A stretch of DNA of 64,000 nucleotides, from positions 372,001-436,000 of the forward strand of contig CP060763.1 in assembly GCA_023205875.1 (NCBI GenBank), written 5' to 3'. The stretch comes from Chloropicon primus. Lineage: Eukaryota. The position numbers and the translations under genes are program-made. Positions 32,502 through 44,412 of this stretch are shown piece by piece; within the stretch, counting starts at the first letter, position 1; every line of letters starts with the position of its first letter. The notes under the pieces were generated by a model. It was not told the origin of the DNA. It saw only the letters and a program-made list of their open reading frames with translations, and did no database searches.

Positions 32502-35174
32502 TCAATTGCAGATGGACTCTGCCCTCTCAAGGACTTTCTTGAGTTCCTTCAAGTCACTGGAGTCCTCAAAGTGATTGGATGCCTGCTTCACGATTCCCTT
32601 GAAGTGGTACTTGAGGCTGCTGACGCCGCTCTTGTCCTCGGGATTTGCTTCCGTGCATTTGATCGCCGCGTCGAGGAGGTCTGCGCTGGACTGGACAATT
32701 CTTGAAAAGAGCTCCTCGTCCCCTTTCCACTGAAGGCCCAGCAAGGCACGCGATTCCTTCAGATACATTTCTTTCATGCTCGCGTAGCTTTCCACCATCT
32801 TGTAGTAGCTGCCGAAGATGCGCCAAAGCTGGTGCCCAGCTGCACTCGTTGCCGCAAATTTCTTGAGAATGTCCAAGATCTTTTCCTCCATCGCTTTCCA
32901 CTCCTTCGAGCCCGCAGCAGGCAAGTCATTCTCAAAAGCGCTGGTGGCCTGCTCCTGCCCTTCTTCCTCATCATCCGAATCGTGGATCTCCAGGGTCTTC
33001 AAGTCCTCGTCGCTGATGTCGCCAGACTTTTCGACTTTGGTCTTCGCCCCGGAAGAACCCGAATGCTTGGCGTCCCGAATTATTCGCAGAAGCAGCTCCA
33101 AGGAGAACAGATTGACCTTGTGACAGCTTTCCATAGCGATCACCTTCTGCAGGCCGTAAACCCCCAGCATGACGTGCCCGCAGCGCAAGCCAGCTTCGAT
33201 GTAATTGTCCCACAGCTGCCAGGACTCGCGGCGCAGTCGAACGGCCTCCTTGAGGGCCGCAAAGGCCATCTTCCACGTCCGCCTCTTCATGTGCAGCGCG
33301 GCTAGATTGTTCCAGGCCTCCGCGTTCTCGGAATTGAGCTGGGTGACTCTTGTGAATGCTTTCAGCGCGTCGTCTTCCCTGTTTTCCCTCATGTAACAGT
33401 ATCCCACAGCGAACCAGCCGCTCGGATGCAATGGGTTCAGGGCAAGGGCCAACTCCCAGCTCTCGATCGCGGGCTTGTAATCATCATTCCTCATGGCGCT
33501 CGCCGCAAGGCTCCTCTGCGCCCTCGCGTGACGCTTTCCTGACCTCTCCCAAGCTTTCACGTAACACGAGTCGTCTTTGGTGACATCTCCGAGAGCGCAC
33601 CACAGCCTGGGATCGTCGGGAGACTCCTCGAGGCGATCGTTGATGAGTTTCTGGGCCTGGGCCGTCTTCTGCAGGAGCTGGTAGCACACGATCAAGTTAT
33701 CCCACTGCTCGTACTTCTCGAAGACTATCAGGGCGTTTCCAACCATCGCGTTGGACAAGAGCTGCTCCCCGTACTCTTTCTGAAAGAGCGGGAGGGGAGG
33801 GAACGCAATGGTAAAGGCCCCAGAAATTCTCATTGACACAGATGGTGTTGGAAGGGCCAAAGCCTCGACCAACTTCTCCATCCGCACCAGAGACCTCTCC
33901 CTGGTTCTGTTTCTCTCTCTCTCGAACCGGGCCGCGTGCAAGGTCGCGGCCATTTTCGCGAAAGCCCCTGGGGGATCCTGCTTGAAGATGCACTGGACGT
34001 ACGGCATCATCTCCCAGCTCTGCAGGTCGGTCCGCGCTTGATTCTTGCTCACCTGCACCAACCAAAGCAGCACCAATGCCTGCTCCGCGTGAGACAAGTC
34101 AGTGACCTCTTCCTCCTCTCCCTCGAGCCTGGGAAGGAGCAAAATGTCCTCTTGGTCCAGGCCCTCCATCAGCCAGTCCTTGGGCAGCTTCTCGTCCTCT
34201 CGCTCGGCCGCACTCGAGGAGTTCTCGCCCGCCTTCCTTTCCGTGAGCAGGACCATCTGGGCCTTCGCGTCCACCTGGTGGACGGTCCTCTTTCCCATCA
34301 CGCCGGTTTGCCTCAAATCCATCCCCAGCCTGTCGCTGGCCATCCCAATGAAGTCGGAAGCCTCGTTGACGCAGTGGTACGTCTGCATCACCATCGCGCA
34401 CTCCATCTCGAGAGCAGCCAAGCAGCCTTTGCCCCAAAGGTCCTCGTCCTTGTCGCGAAAGGTCTTCGAAAGTTCTTTCGCCAGCTGAACCAGAGACTCC
34501 TTCAGGGTCGCCGAGTTCTTGGACAGAAGCTTTTGGTGCAAGTGCAGCGTCCTTAGTTTCCACCACGGCGCCGTCGCGAGCTCCACGTCCGACGAGTCCG
34601 CAAAGTCGACTCCTCTGAAGATGGTGCTGGCCGTGCACAAGTATCCCACCAGCTCTGGCTTCCCTGCCACGTACTCGCCGTCCACGCTCATGTGCTTGAG
34701 AATCCACTTCCTCGACATGGCCTTCCCCTCCTCGCCCTTGCTCCTTGCCCCCGCGCCGTCCTCTCGAGCGCAGGCCTCGGGATCCTCCCCCACGGCCTCG
34801 GCGGGTGGCCCCGTCACGTTCGCCCTGACGAATACCAGGAGCGAAGCCACAGCGACCAGAAAGTAACCGATCTTGACCTCTCCATCCGTCACCTTCCCGC
34901 CGTCGCCCTCGAGCACCTTCTCCAGCTTCTCTATCCACGAGTCACTCGCACTGGCGCCTCTCAGCACGGGCTCCAACCTCCCAAGCCCCGCTCTCAGCAG
35001 GGGCAAGGCGTCCCCCTCGCCCAAGCAAAACGTCTCGAGGGCCGCCGCAACGTCCTTCGTCCTCTCGCATTCCTCCACGAGGCCAAGCAAGGACCTCGTC
35101 CCCTCCGAGTCGCCATACCCCTCAGTGGTCCTCTGCATCAGAACCACCTCCAACGCCTGCATAGCGGCCGCCAT
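32502..35174 (-). CDS. Tetratricopeptide repeat protein 27 (TTC27/Emw1-like)
   Basis: FVRANVTGP, TGVMGKRTVHQ and a TPR array (AEAWNNLA, WQLWDNY). Confidence 0.85.
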   Translation of the reverse strand: MAAAMQALEVVLMQRTTEGYGDSEGTRSLLGLVEECERTKDVAAALETFCLGEGDALPLLRAGLGRLEPVLRGASASDSWIEKLEKVLEGDGGKVTDGEVKIGYFLVAVASLLVFVRANVTGPPAEAVGEDPEACAREDGAGARSKGEEGKAMSRKWILKHMSVDGEYVAGKPELVGYLCTASTIFRGVDFADSSDVELATAPWWKLRTLHLHQKLLSKNSATLKESLVQLAKELSKTFRDKDEDLWGKGCLAALEMECAMVMQTYHCVNEASDFIGMASDRLGMDLRQTGVMGKRTVHQVDAKAQMVLLTERKAGENSSSAAEREDEKLPKDWLMEGLDQEDILLLPRLEGEEEEVTDLSHAEQALVLLWLVQVSKNQARTDLQSWEMMPYVQCIFKQDPPGAFAKMAATLHAARFERERNRTRERSLVRMEKLVEALALPTPSVSMRISGAFTIAFPPLPLFQKEYGEQLLSNAMVGNALIVFEKYEQWDNLIVCYQLLQKTAQAQKLINDRLEESPDDPRLWCALGDVTKDDSCYVKAWERSGKRHARAQRSLAASAMRNDDYKPAIESWELALALNPLHPSGWFAVGYCYMRENREDDALKAFTRVTQLNSENAEAWNNLAALHMKRRTWKMAFAALKEAVRLRRESWQLWDNYIEAGLRCGHVMLGVYGLQKVIAMESCHKVNLFSLELLLRIIRDAKHSGSSGAKTKVEKSGDISDEDLKTLEIHDSDDEEEGQEQATSAFENDLPAAGSKEWKAMEEKILDILKKFAATSAAGHQLWRIFGSYYKMVESYASMKEMYLKESRALLGLQWKGDEELFSRIVQSSADLLDAAIKCTEANPEDKSGVSSLKYHFKGIVKQASNHFEDSSDLKELKKVLERAESICN

Positions 35175-35946
35175 ACTTGCTCAAACCAAACGTCCTTCGA
35201 CCTTGACCTCCGCGATGACACAACGAACCGCTGCGCACGCCGATCCCTGCCTCTCCGTCGCCACCTCTCTCGTCACCTCCTCCCTTGGAGTGAGGTCTCA
35301 AGCAAACAAGGTACCACTCGATGGAGATATCAATCCAGTGCGGACTCAATCGAACGAGTTATCCGTCAACCAAAGTATCGACGGAAAGCTCGTGAGACGT
35401 AGCTTCGTGTGGCACCCTTTCCTCCCCTCGCCTCCCCTCGCCTCCCCTCGACCCTCTCGCCGCTCGACAAAGTTCGAGTCCGTGTCCGTCAGGTGGACAG
35501 CCGCAATCCAACTATTAAGTCTGCTGGGGACTGGAGCCTGGAGAGCCTGGAGGAGGTGAAGGTGAGTGACGAGGGACAGGAGGGAGATGAGGTCGAGGGA
35601 GAGGATGGAGAACACGCCGATGCCATCTTCGCATCAAGATCTTTCTCTCGAGCTCTCTCTCGAGAGGAATGACGTTCTGTGGAGGTTTTGAGACGAGATC
35701 ACTCGTTTGGCTCTTCCTTTTGCTGATTGCCATTAGGATTGTTGTACAGGTTTGGTCAGCGAGAGGGAGGGACAGGAGGAAGGGGGAGGAGGAGGAAGGC
35801 ACAGAACGTAATCTTGGCTCAAGGGCTTTCGATTGACGAGAGCATCGGTCGTTAAGCTCACTGGTTCGGGTCTCCTTGTGTTCGACACAGATATAGAGGT
35901 TGAGATATTGAGGTTGGGATTGAGGTTGGGATTGAGGAGACAAGGT

Positions 35947-36147
35947 ATGCAAAAGGTGGCCAACGGCTTCTCCAAGTCGGTTCTGGCGTCGCTGACGACG
36001 TGCTCGCCGGAGGTGGCCACGTACGGGGCGTGCATAAAGCAGGGGTTGCCGGATATCCAGCGCGGGATGTGCGAGAAGCAGTTCCTGGCGTTGAAGAAGT
36101 GCTTCAGGAAGGAGCTCCGGGAGTCCATGAGGAAGGCGAGGAAGTGA
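35947..36147 (+). CDS. Small twin CX9C mitochondrial intermembrane-space protein (NDUFAF8-like)
   Basis: C-SPEVATYGA-C ... C-EKQFLALKK-C. Start uncertain. Confidence 0.65.
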   Translation: MQKVANGFSKSVLASLTTCSPEVATYGACIKQGLPDIQRGMCEKQFLALKKCFRKELRESMRKARK

Positions 36148-36283
36148 GGGGCGGGGCCAGGGCAAGACTCGGACCCCTGGGTTGTAAACTAGAGGGGGTG
36201 CTTTCATCTGCAAAGACCTGCATTTATGGTATTTCTATTTTACTCTACTTCTGTTGTTACCAAAGGCGGTGGCGCGTCCGCCT

Positions 36284-37505
36284 CTACGGCGTAGGGGTGA
36301 CCCTGAACGTCTCCAGAGCTTCCCTGATGACGGAAAGCTTCTCCGAGGCGTCCTCGCCGCAAGAGTCCCCGCAAAAGTACTGACCATTCGCGATGAACAG
36401 CTTGTTGCTCTGGATGCAAACCGTGGAAAGCACTCTCTTGTTCCCCCTCGTCGTCTCCAGGGAGTAGTCGAAGTCGTAAAAGACCAACCCCTCGGCGGCC
36501 TCCCTCGTCGACAAATGGTTCAGGGTCGCCACCTTTGTGCTCTCCTGCGCGCAAGAAAAAACACCCAGAGTTAGAGCTGGAGAACCGACGACGACGACGG
36601 CGACGACGGCGAGAGGTTGTCTTCTCCAATGGGTGTGCTCACTCACCTTGTTCTTCTCGAAAGAGATGAGCCTGTCCGCAGCCTCCTCCACGGTTGCGAA
36701 CTCCTCCAGGGACCCCACCCGGACCGGGGTGACGGTCACGCCAAGGTTGTTGAATTTGTAGGACGGGTCCTTGAAGATGACCTCGGCGCCGCTCTTCGAC
36801 GCCTGGGCCCAATCAAGAGGCGGCCGCAGGCTGAAGCCGTTCCTCGCGTCGACGTAAACCTGCCCCTGCTGCGACTCTGCGATCCGGGAGAGAGACGACG
36901 AAACCACAAGCGTGTCGGAATAAGCGCGTCAGAACAAGAAGAGCGAGAGGACCTTGCTTTGTCGGCCACCTACCCGCGAGCGCCGGCCTGCGCGGTGCCA
37001 GAGCGAGCAGCATCAAGTAGTTGCAGAATCGCCTCGATCCCTTCGCCAGGTGCCACGGCACGCCCGCCTTGGGGTCCCCCGCCACACTCCCCGGGCCCGC
37101 TGTACTCGTACAGCACGAGGCCCCCACAATCGCTGCCCTCCTCGTGTGCGGCGTCTCCCGAAGCACGTCCTTGTCTTCGCCGTCGTCGTCGTCGTCGCTC
37201 CCTTGCTCCGACATCACCATCGCGCGATCCTCGAGACTCCTCGCAAGCCGCTCCACGGCACTCCTCGCCCGAACGACCAGCAAGGCCCTCTCCCCCACCC
37301 TCAGCCCCTCTCGAGGAGTCAGAACGCCCAGAAACTCCCTCCACTGCTGCTCTCCTCTTGCCGTCGAGGGAGAAGAAGAGGACGAGGGAGAAGAGGCGCA
37401 AGGACGAGGGAGAAGAGGGAGGCGAGCGAGGCGGCTCCTCCCACCCGAACCCTTCGGAGGCTTCGGATAAACCGCCACCACCCCTCGGTGACACGCCACC
37501 GTCAT
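36284..37505 (-). CDS. PsbP-domain protein (PPD2-like), thylakoid lumen; introns 36973-36877 and 36646-36545
   Basis: NGFSLRPPLDW, NNLGVTVTPVRVGSLEEFAT and YDFDYSLETTRGNKR. Long bipartite transit peptide; start uncertain. Confidence 0.82.
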
Positions 37506-37608
37506 CCTTGGCGCTTGACCGGTGCTCCAAATCAATCCAAATCAATCCAAATCAATCCGGAGGAGGATGTCAATCTTGGTGCTCGTCGTTCTCAAACCAG
37601 AACCAAAT

Positions 37609-37896
37609 CCTTCGAGCGACGGCTCTTTCGAAAGATCACGACACACTCCTTCCCCTGGTGTCCCACACCTCGCCCTCAAGTCCCTCTCCCGACTCCAATC
37701 GTCTCCCGAACCCCTCGCCGTCCCCTCCTCCTCCTCTCCCCTCTCTCCACTTCGCCTTCCACAGAATCCTCACCAGATCACCTCTACCTTCAAGCGACGG
37801 CTCTTTCGAAAGATCACGACACACTCCTTCCCCTGGTGTCCCACACCTCGCCCTCAAGTCCCTCTCCCGACTCCAATCGTCTCCCGAACCCCTCGC
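37609..37896. repeat. Direct repeat of ~110 bp (37609-37718 and 37787-37896) in the PPD/NACA divergent promoter
   Basis: Near-identical gcgacggctctttcgaaagatcacgacacactcc...ctcccgaacccctcgc. Confidence 0.92.
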
Positions 37897-38326
37897 TCCT
37901 CGTCCCCTCCTCCTCCTCTCCTGTCTGTCTGTTCTGGGGAGGATTTGCCCTGCGTATCTAGTAACAGGTGTACTATATTATTACACTCATTACTAGATGG
38001 CGGCGCTGAATTCTTTTTTTTTAGCGGCGAGAAGAACACAAAAAAGGAGCGAAGACTCGACCGACGCGAGAGAGAGACGACCAAGGTAAGGGGCGAGGAA
38101 ACGAGGGACGAGGAAGGTGGAAGGTGACGAAGGCGTCCGGACCATGACATCCGCCTTGTTGTGAGGATTCCGTCGGTCCAATTGGTTATGTCAGGAGGTC
38201 ACTAACCACGAAACAAACCGGAATCTTTTCTTTTTCTTTTTCTTTTTCTTTTTCTTGATGATGGGGATGATGAATGAATGATGGTGGTTGGTGTTGGCAT
38301 CCATGGCAGGGAGTTTGATAGATTGA

Positions 38327-38869
<543 letters not shown>

Positions 38870-39052
38870 GGGCGGCATATGCGGTAGCTTTAAGGACACT
38901 TTTAAGACACATGTGATATAAAAAATTGATAAAAAAGAAAGGAGAATGTCGCGACCCGCGCCGCGGTGGTCGTTCGTGGGTCGTGTCCGAAGCCGCTTGC
39001 CTTTTCTGATTTTTGTACAAAACTTTTGAGAGGAGCTCCCTTCTGAACTGAT

Positions 39053-40804
39053 TTACACTGGCTCCTTGTCCTCCGAGGCCGCGGCCCTCTCCCTCTCTCT
39101 CCTCCTCCTCCTCTCCTGGTCCCTGACCTCCCTCTCCTGGGTCCTCTTCCGTTGGGTTTTCCTCAGCCTCGATTTGCGTTCCTGCTTCTCCTCCCTCGTC
39201 TCGCAGTCCTGAGGGGTGCAGTCCTCCTCGTCCTTGATCTCCTCGGGCAGGGGATCGGGGCGGCAGTCCTCGATGTCTGGGTGCCGGCAGCCGCAAGACC
39301 AGTTGCTGGGGTCGTCCTTCGGGGACTTGTACATGCAAAACTTGAGCACGTCCTCCTTGCCGAGTTGCTTCAGAAGCATCTCCTCCGAGTCGAAGGAGTG
39401 GACGGGATCCCCCACCTTTCGCATTCCGACGCCCTTGTAGTAGTGGTACGGGTAGATCTGCGGGCCGTCGTTGATGGGTGACACCCCAAAGCCGTAAACG
39501 CTCACCGCGTCGCACAAGCTCAGCAAGAAGTAGATCATCACGTAGCCGGAGGATGGAACGTTGAGGCCAAGGTAAGGACCGTAGCCCGCCTCGCAGAGCT
39601 TCTCCCTATAGCCAGCGAGCAGTGGCTGGGCCATCGACGTTGCCCTTGATGACATGTACATGAGCTTCACGTCAGGCCTTGTCTCGGCCAAGTAATCCTG
39701 CAACAGCTCGTACTCCTGAGTGTTCGCCCTGGTCACAATGAACGTGAGGTCCTGCTCCACGGGCAGGACTTCCCCCTTCTTCATGCCCCTGCTGTTCCTG
39801 TAAGTTCTCGTCCAAAGCCTGTTCAGGACCCTGTGCGTCGTCTTGCTTCCCACCCTCCTCCAGTACCTCAGCGCCGGAGCTTGGTTCACCCGAATGACCG
39901 TGTCGTGGCTGTTTATGGATTTCATGTACTCCGTGAAGTGGAGGTGACCGCTGTTGCCGACAATGGCGCAGCTTCCCCAGTGTCGACTGCGCAGCACCGA
40001 CTCTCCGTCCGGCGGAAGGAGCTCCACATTTCTGACCCTGTCAGTTCTGTTCATCCCCTCCCCCTTCCCCAATCGCTCGTAGTTCCCTTGATGCACGATG
40101 AAGTTGTTGACTTCCAGCTTGCTCTTCAGATTCAGCCCTTCGAGGTCGGGCAACGCCGTCCGATGCTCCGTGCAGTTAATGAACTTGTTGAAGTCAAGCC
40201 TGTCCTGCACCGTCCTCCTCTCGAACCAAGTGATGTCCGGCCTTGCTGCCTCGCCTCCGTTGTACTTGTCCAAGACCTCTTGAGGGTAGACCCTTCGCCA
40301 TAACCCGTCATGGTTCTCCCACTTCCAAGGCAGCGGCTTGCCAGTGACCTTTGATATGACGTTGAAGCCTTCTTTGCCCACCACTGGGGAGGAAGGTGAC
40401 GACCTCTTTGATCTCTGGCTGCTGCTGCTGCTGCCGCTGCTCGAGGGGGAGGAGGAAGGTCTTCTCCTCCTTTCCCTCTTTCCTTCGCCTGCATCCCTTG
40501 GCACTGCTTCAGGTGTGCTGCGGTTCAGGTACAGTGGCTCCACGCCCTTGCTGCCCTCCACGCTCACGGCCTCGGCAGGGTGCTCGATTGCAGTCGATGA
40601 CGACCGATGATGGAGGCTGAAAATATAAGCCGTCCTTGTAGCCACCAGCAGCAACACCAAAACGAGGATGTTTCGCTTCAACCAGGACACTATCGCATAC
40701 CGAGTAAACTTGAACTCCCTTCCCCTGGGACTTGGCGAGTCCGAGAGCACGTGCTTCTTCGGCACCCTTGCAGGCCTGTAATTCTTTCGAACGAAGAACC
40801 CCAT
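39053..40804 (-). CDS. Glycosyltransferase family 29 (sialyltransferase-like), type II membrane
   Basis: Sialylmotif L (CAIVGNSGHL...INSHDTVIRVN...VGSKTT), S (PSSGY...CDAVSVYGF), HYY and VS (HSFDSEE). Confidence 0.9.
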   Translation of the reverse strand: MGFFVRKNYRPARVPKKHVLSDSPSPRGREFKFTRYAIVSWLKRNILVLVLLLVATRTAYIFSLHHRSSSTAIEHPAEAVSVEGSKGVEPLYLNRSTPEAVPRDAGEGKRERRRRPSSSPSSSGSSSSSQRSKRSSPSSPVVGKEGFNVISKVTGKPLPWKWENHDGLWRRVYPQEVLDKYNGGEAARPDITWFERRTVQDRLDFNKFINCTEHRTALPDLEGLNLKSKLEVNNFIVHQGNYERLGKGEGMNRTDRVRNVELLPPDGESVLRSRHWGSCAIVGNSGHLHFTEYMKSINSHDTVIRVNQAPALRYWRRVGSKTTHRVLNRLWTRTYRNSRGMKKGEVLPVEQDLTFIVTRANTQEYELLQDYLAETRPDVKLMYMSSRATSMAQPLLAGYREKLCEAGYGPYLGLNVPSSGYVMIYFLLSLCDAVSVYGFGVSPINDGPQIYPYHYYKGVGMRKVGDPVHSFDSEEMLLKQLGKEDVLKFCMYKSPKDDPSNWSCGCRHPDIEDCRPDPLPEEIKDEEDCTPQDCETREEKQERKSRLRKTQRKRTQEREVRDQERRRRRERERAAASEDKEPV

Positions 40805-40945
40805 CCCGTCGGGTCCTTGGCCCCTGCTCTTCACTGAACTGACCAACCCTGTTCTACACCACCCCTCTCATATTCTCGTCACTTTTGCCCCTAACAAACG
40901 TTTCCAATGCACTCCGGGACGTCAAGCGGTCAACCGATACGCCAT

Positions 40946-40971
40946 TCGAAAGATCGTGACACGTACTTTCG
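40946..40971. promoter_or_regulatory. Pseudo-palindromic GAAAG-N13-CTTTC element in the GT29/RPB4 divergent promoter
   Basis: tcgaaagatcgtgacacgtactttcg. Confidence 0.6.
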
Positions 40972-41350
40972 TTCAGTGTGATCCACTCCTCCTTGCCTTG
41001 TCTTTGTCTTCCTCAACTTGTCCAGTGAAGTGCACCCTCTCCCCCTTTGCTCCGCTTCATGCGTGGACAAACTGTCCATGGGATGAAAGCACAGAGAGAG
41101 AGAGAGAGAGAGAGGCGGGGAGGGGCGAGGTCCATCGGAGTTCTCTGCCGTCGTGAGGTGACGACGACGAGGAGGGAGAGAGGAAGGACTGAAGGGGTCG
41201 AGAAAACGAAACTGCGTCTCTTGACCTTTCGAACGACACCGGCCTCTGCACCGAACGGGTTTGGTGAGGAAGAGGACGACGGGCAAGGGCTTGGTGGTCT
41301 TGGGATCGACGGGCTTGGTTTTGCGGCGGAGTGGTCGTGCGAGGGCGAGG

Positions 41351-41782
41351 ATGGCGAACAAGGAGGGAGTGATCGACGACATCAACGACATCTATGAGTC
41401 GAAGGACTTCGAGAACGCTCGGATGCTCTTCATCTCAGACGTGGAACACATCCTGAACGAGAACTTGAACAGGAGGAAGGAGCAGGAGGGGACGAACTAC
41501 GAGTTCGGTCCGGTCGTGGACAAGGCTTTCAGTTACGCCAAGCGCTTCAGCACGTTCAATTCGACGAATGACGCTCAAGCATTTCGCGAGGAGCTCAGCA
41601 ACACTGCTCAGTACGGCTTCCAGGAGCACGAGATCACCCTGCTGGGCAACCTGTGCCCAGACAACTTGGACGAGGCCGTGCACTTGATCCCTTCCATCAA
41701 GCAGCACGTGGCGGAGGGCGTGGAGGGGGCCGAGAAGATCGACCGGGCGATCTCGGAGGTCCAAAAGCACTGCAGGCAGTGA
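41351..41782 (+). CDS. RPB4: RNA polymerase II subunit RPB4
   Basis: FENARMLFISDV, YAKRFS and EITLLGNLCPDNLDEAVHLIPSI. Confidence 0.88.
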   Translation: MANKEGVIDDINDIYESKDFENARMLFISDVEHILNENLNRRKEQEGTNYEFGPVVDKAFSYAKRFSTFNSTNDAQAFREELSNTAQYGFQEHEITLLGNLCPDNLDEAVHLIPSIKQHVAEGVEGAEKIDRAISEVQKHCRQ

Positions 41783-41857
41783 GAACCTCCTTCGTGTAAC
41801 ACTATAAACCAAACTGCTTTGAGCGAAAAATACTATCGCATTACCCTTTTACCTGCC

Positions 41858-42920
41858 TTATTTGCGAAGCTCCTCCTTGTAAGGGTCCTTTGGTGGTGGC
41901 ACGGCGTCGCCCCAGATCGACTGCAAGTATTGATCCCTCCCGCAGTTGAACCTGTAGTACTTGTAGAGAATCGGCTTCTTTTTGTAGTAGTCCTGGTGGT
42001 AATCTTCCGCTGGCCAGAACGCCTTGGCTGGTTTGATCTCCGTGTAAAGCTTCCTGGTCTTGAAGACGTCCGAGTCCCTGTACCTCTCGAACGATGCGAT
42101 GGCAGCTTCCTTCTGGGCCTCATTGTGGTAGAAGATGGCCGACCTGCGCAGCAAAACGAGGAGCGAAGCACGCCACGATGGTCAGAACGGCGGGACGACG
42201 CCGAGGCGACGGGAACCTCAATGGGGCGCGCCTTTACTCACCTGTACTGCTTTCCAGAGTCGCAGAACTGCCTGTTCTTCACCGTAGGATCGATTTGATG
42301 CCAGTACACTTGCAGGAGCTCCTCATACGAAACCTTTTTGGGATCGTACAAGACCTGCAAGCTCTCGGCGTGCCCGGTAACCCCGGCCGATACCTGTCTG
42401 TAAGAGGGGCTTGGCTCCTCGCCTCCGGTGTACCCTGACGTGGTTTCCAGGACTCCCTCCGTCTGCAATGATGCACCCGACGGGGAAAGAGCCGCAGAGG
42501 GGACGGGAAGGAGTTCATCGAGTCAGTACGCTCGCTCAGCCCCAATGGTGGTCGAGATTGAATCCATGATCCGAGAGGGAGAGAGAGAGGGAGAAGGAGA
42601 CGCCATCCCACCTTATCAAACGGAGGCTCCATGCACCAGAAGCATCCTCCCGCGAACGTGGCAACCTCGAGACCGTCCCGTGGTGGCGGAAGCGCCTCTT
42701 GGGCCTGCGCCTCTTGGACCCACGACCCGAGACCCAAGGGCAGAGAAAGCAGCAGAGCACCGAAGAGGGAAGACCTCCTCGACGTTGCTGCTGTTGATGA
42801 TGGCGGCAGCTTCCTCGAGTTCGTCGAGTTCGTCGCTTTTGTCTTCGAAGACCTCGAAGGCCTCACCCCTTGCGCCACGGCACGCGCGCTCGTGCCGTAC
42901 TTGCACTTGACCGCCCTCAT
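41858..42920 (-). CDS. MSRA: Peptide methionine sulfoxide reductase A, plastid; exons 42920-42612, 42462-42242, 42143-41858
   Basis: [35 protein letters not shown] and [12 protein letters not shown]. Confidence 0.93.
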
Positions 42921-43590
42921 GACGAGCCAGAGTGGGGCTAACGACGACAGAGCCAAGAGATCTTTTGGAGATCTTTGGATAAAAGGAAAGATGAGGATGA
43001 GGATGATGAGAAGTGAGGCAACTTGGGTGGGGAGAAGGGGGAGGAAGGGAGGGGTTCTGATGGTGGTGGATTCTTTCCCCGTGCCTTTGATACACACGCA
43101 CGCAAGCACGCAAGCACCCCGTACCAATTCCAATTGTTTTGCTTTGCTTTGCTTTGCTTTCGCTCTCTTCTCGATCTTCTCGTGGCATCCATATCAGGGG
43201 GAGGCAAGTGTGTGTGCCTCTGTGTCTTGTGTGTCTGAGGGCACGTTGCGTGAGATCTCAACCACACGCATTCCGGAGGAGGAGCCGAAGAGCCACGCGA
43301 TGCCCGCTCAGTAGGATCACTTAACCACCGCGGATTCATCACCAGAGGACTCGAGCAAAGGGAGGGTAGAAATGGGAAGGAAGTCTCGGTCTCAGCCTCC
43401 TTTCCGTCGTTGTTGACCAGCCTGCTGTCTGATTTTGTGTGATCTGAATATACTGCGAGACCCTCCCCTTGTGTGTGTGTGTGGGGGGGTCCCAAAATAC
43501 TAATGTGCGATTGCAAGAGGCGTGAACGAAAGGCGTCGCGGGGCTGCACGGACAAAGGTGTGTGCGCGCAGATGGAGAGGTGGTTCCACT

Positions 43591-44412
43591 CTAGTTCTCT
43601 CGTTTCAGTCTCACTCGGTCCCCCGGCACTTTCTCAAAGTCTACATCCGGGTTCTTCCAGTGATCGGTGTGCTTCACCAAGCTTGCAGAGACCATTTGGG
43701 ACCCGTAGGAGCCGAGACCAGCAGTACCGTCCTTCCTCCGGTACAGTCCTAAGTTGTTGATCGCAAGTGCGATCTGGAAGGGCATCATCCCATTTCCCTC
43801 GGGGTCGCACTGTTCCAGCGCTAACCTCACGCAGGCGACTACCGTCCTTTTCGTGTCGTGTGTTTGATCTGCCGCCCTCCCCGTGGTGGCTTGTCTGTTG
43901 GCGGCCCTCTCGCGGACTCTCCTCCTCGCCTTCGGGGACTCCTCGCCCAGGTCCTCCTCCCCTTCGCCCAGGGCCCCCTCCGGCTCGATCTCGCTGGATC
44001 CCCCTTGACTCTCGTAGTCCGCTTCGTCGTCCCCGTACGCAGGGAGCGCGCTCTCCTCGAGCTTTGCCATATCCCTCTCGCGAGCCTCATCCAAGGCCTC
44101 GGCCAACTTGCGCTTCCCTGTCGGGGCAACCCCCGAGGCGACCACCGCAAAGTCGTCGCTCCTGCTCTCGTCGCTCTCGATCCGGTCCGAAGTCGCCGAC
44201 TTCTTGGGACTACTGAAAACCTTTCGATTGTCTCTCTCCTTCCCCTCTGCACTTGGTGCACGACGCTCCCTCTTTCCCTTCTCCCTCTCCTCCTTCTCCC
44301 TCTCCAAAAACTTTCCCATCTTCTCCCACAACGAGTCGGGAAGGGGAGGGCCCCTCGTCGCCACAGGGCTCTTCCTCACTGCACCAGCGGGATCAGAAGC
44401 TTCGCCACTCAT
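43591..44412 (-). CDS. Unknown protein with possible C-terminal HARE-HTH-like winged helix
   Basis: Disordered acidic N-terminus, then TVVACVRLALEQ...MMPFQIALAINNLGLY...MVSASLVKH. Start uncertain. Confidence 0.5.
   Translation of the reverse strand: MSGEASDPAGAVRKSPVATRGPPLPDSLWEKMGKFLEREKEEREKGKRERRAPSAEGKERDNRKVFSSPKKSATSDRIESDESRSDDFAVVASGVAPTGKRKLAEALDEARERDMAKLEESALPAYGDDEADYESQGGSSEIEPEGALGEGEEDLGEESPKARRRVRERAANRQATTGRAADQTHDTKRTVVACVRLALEQCDPEGNGMMPFQIALAINNLGLYRRKDGTAGLGSYGSQMVSASLVKHTDHWKNPDVDFEKVPGDRVRLKREN

Noticed and set aside
42630..42650. Possible selenocysteine in the MsrA active site
   Set aside because: Codons are TGC; no in-frame TGA.
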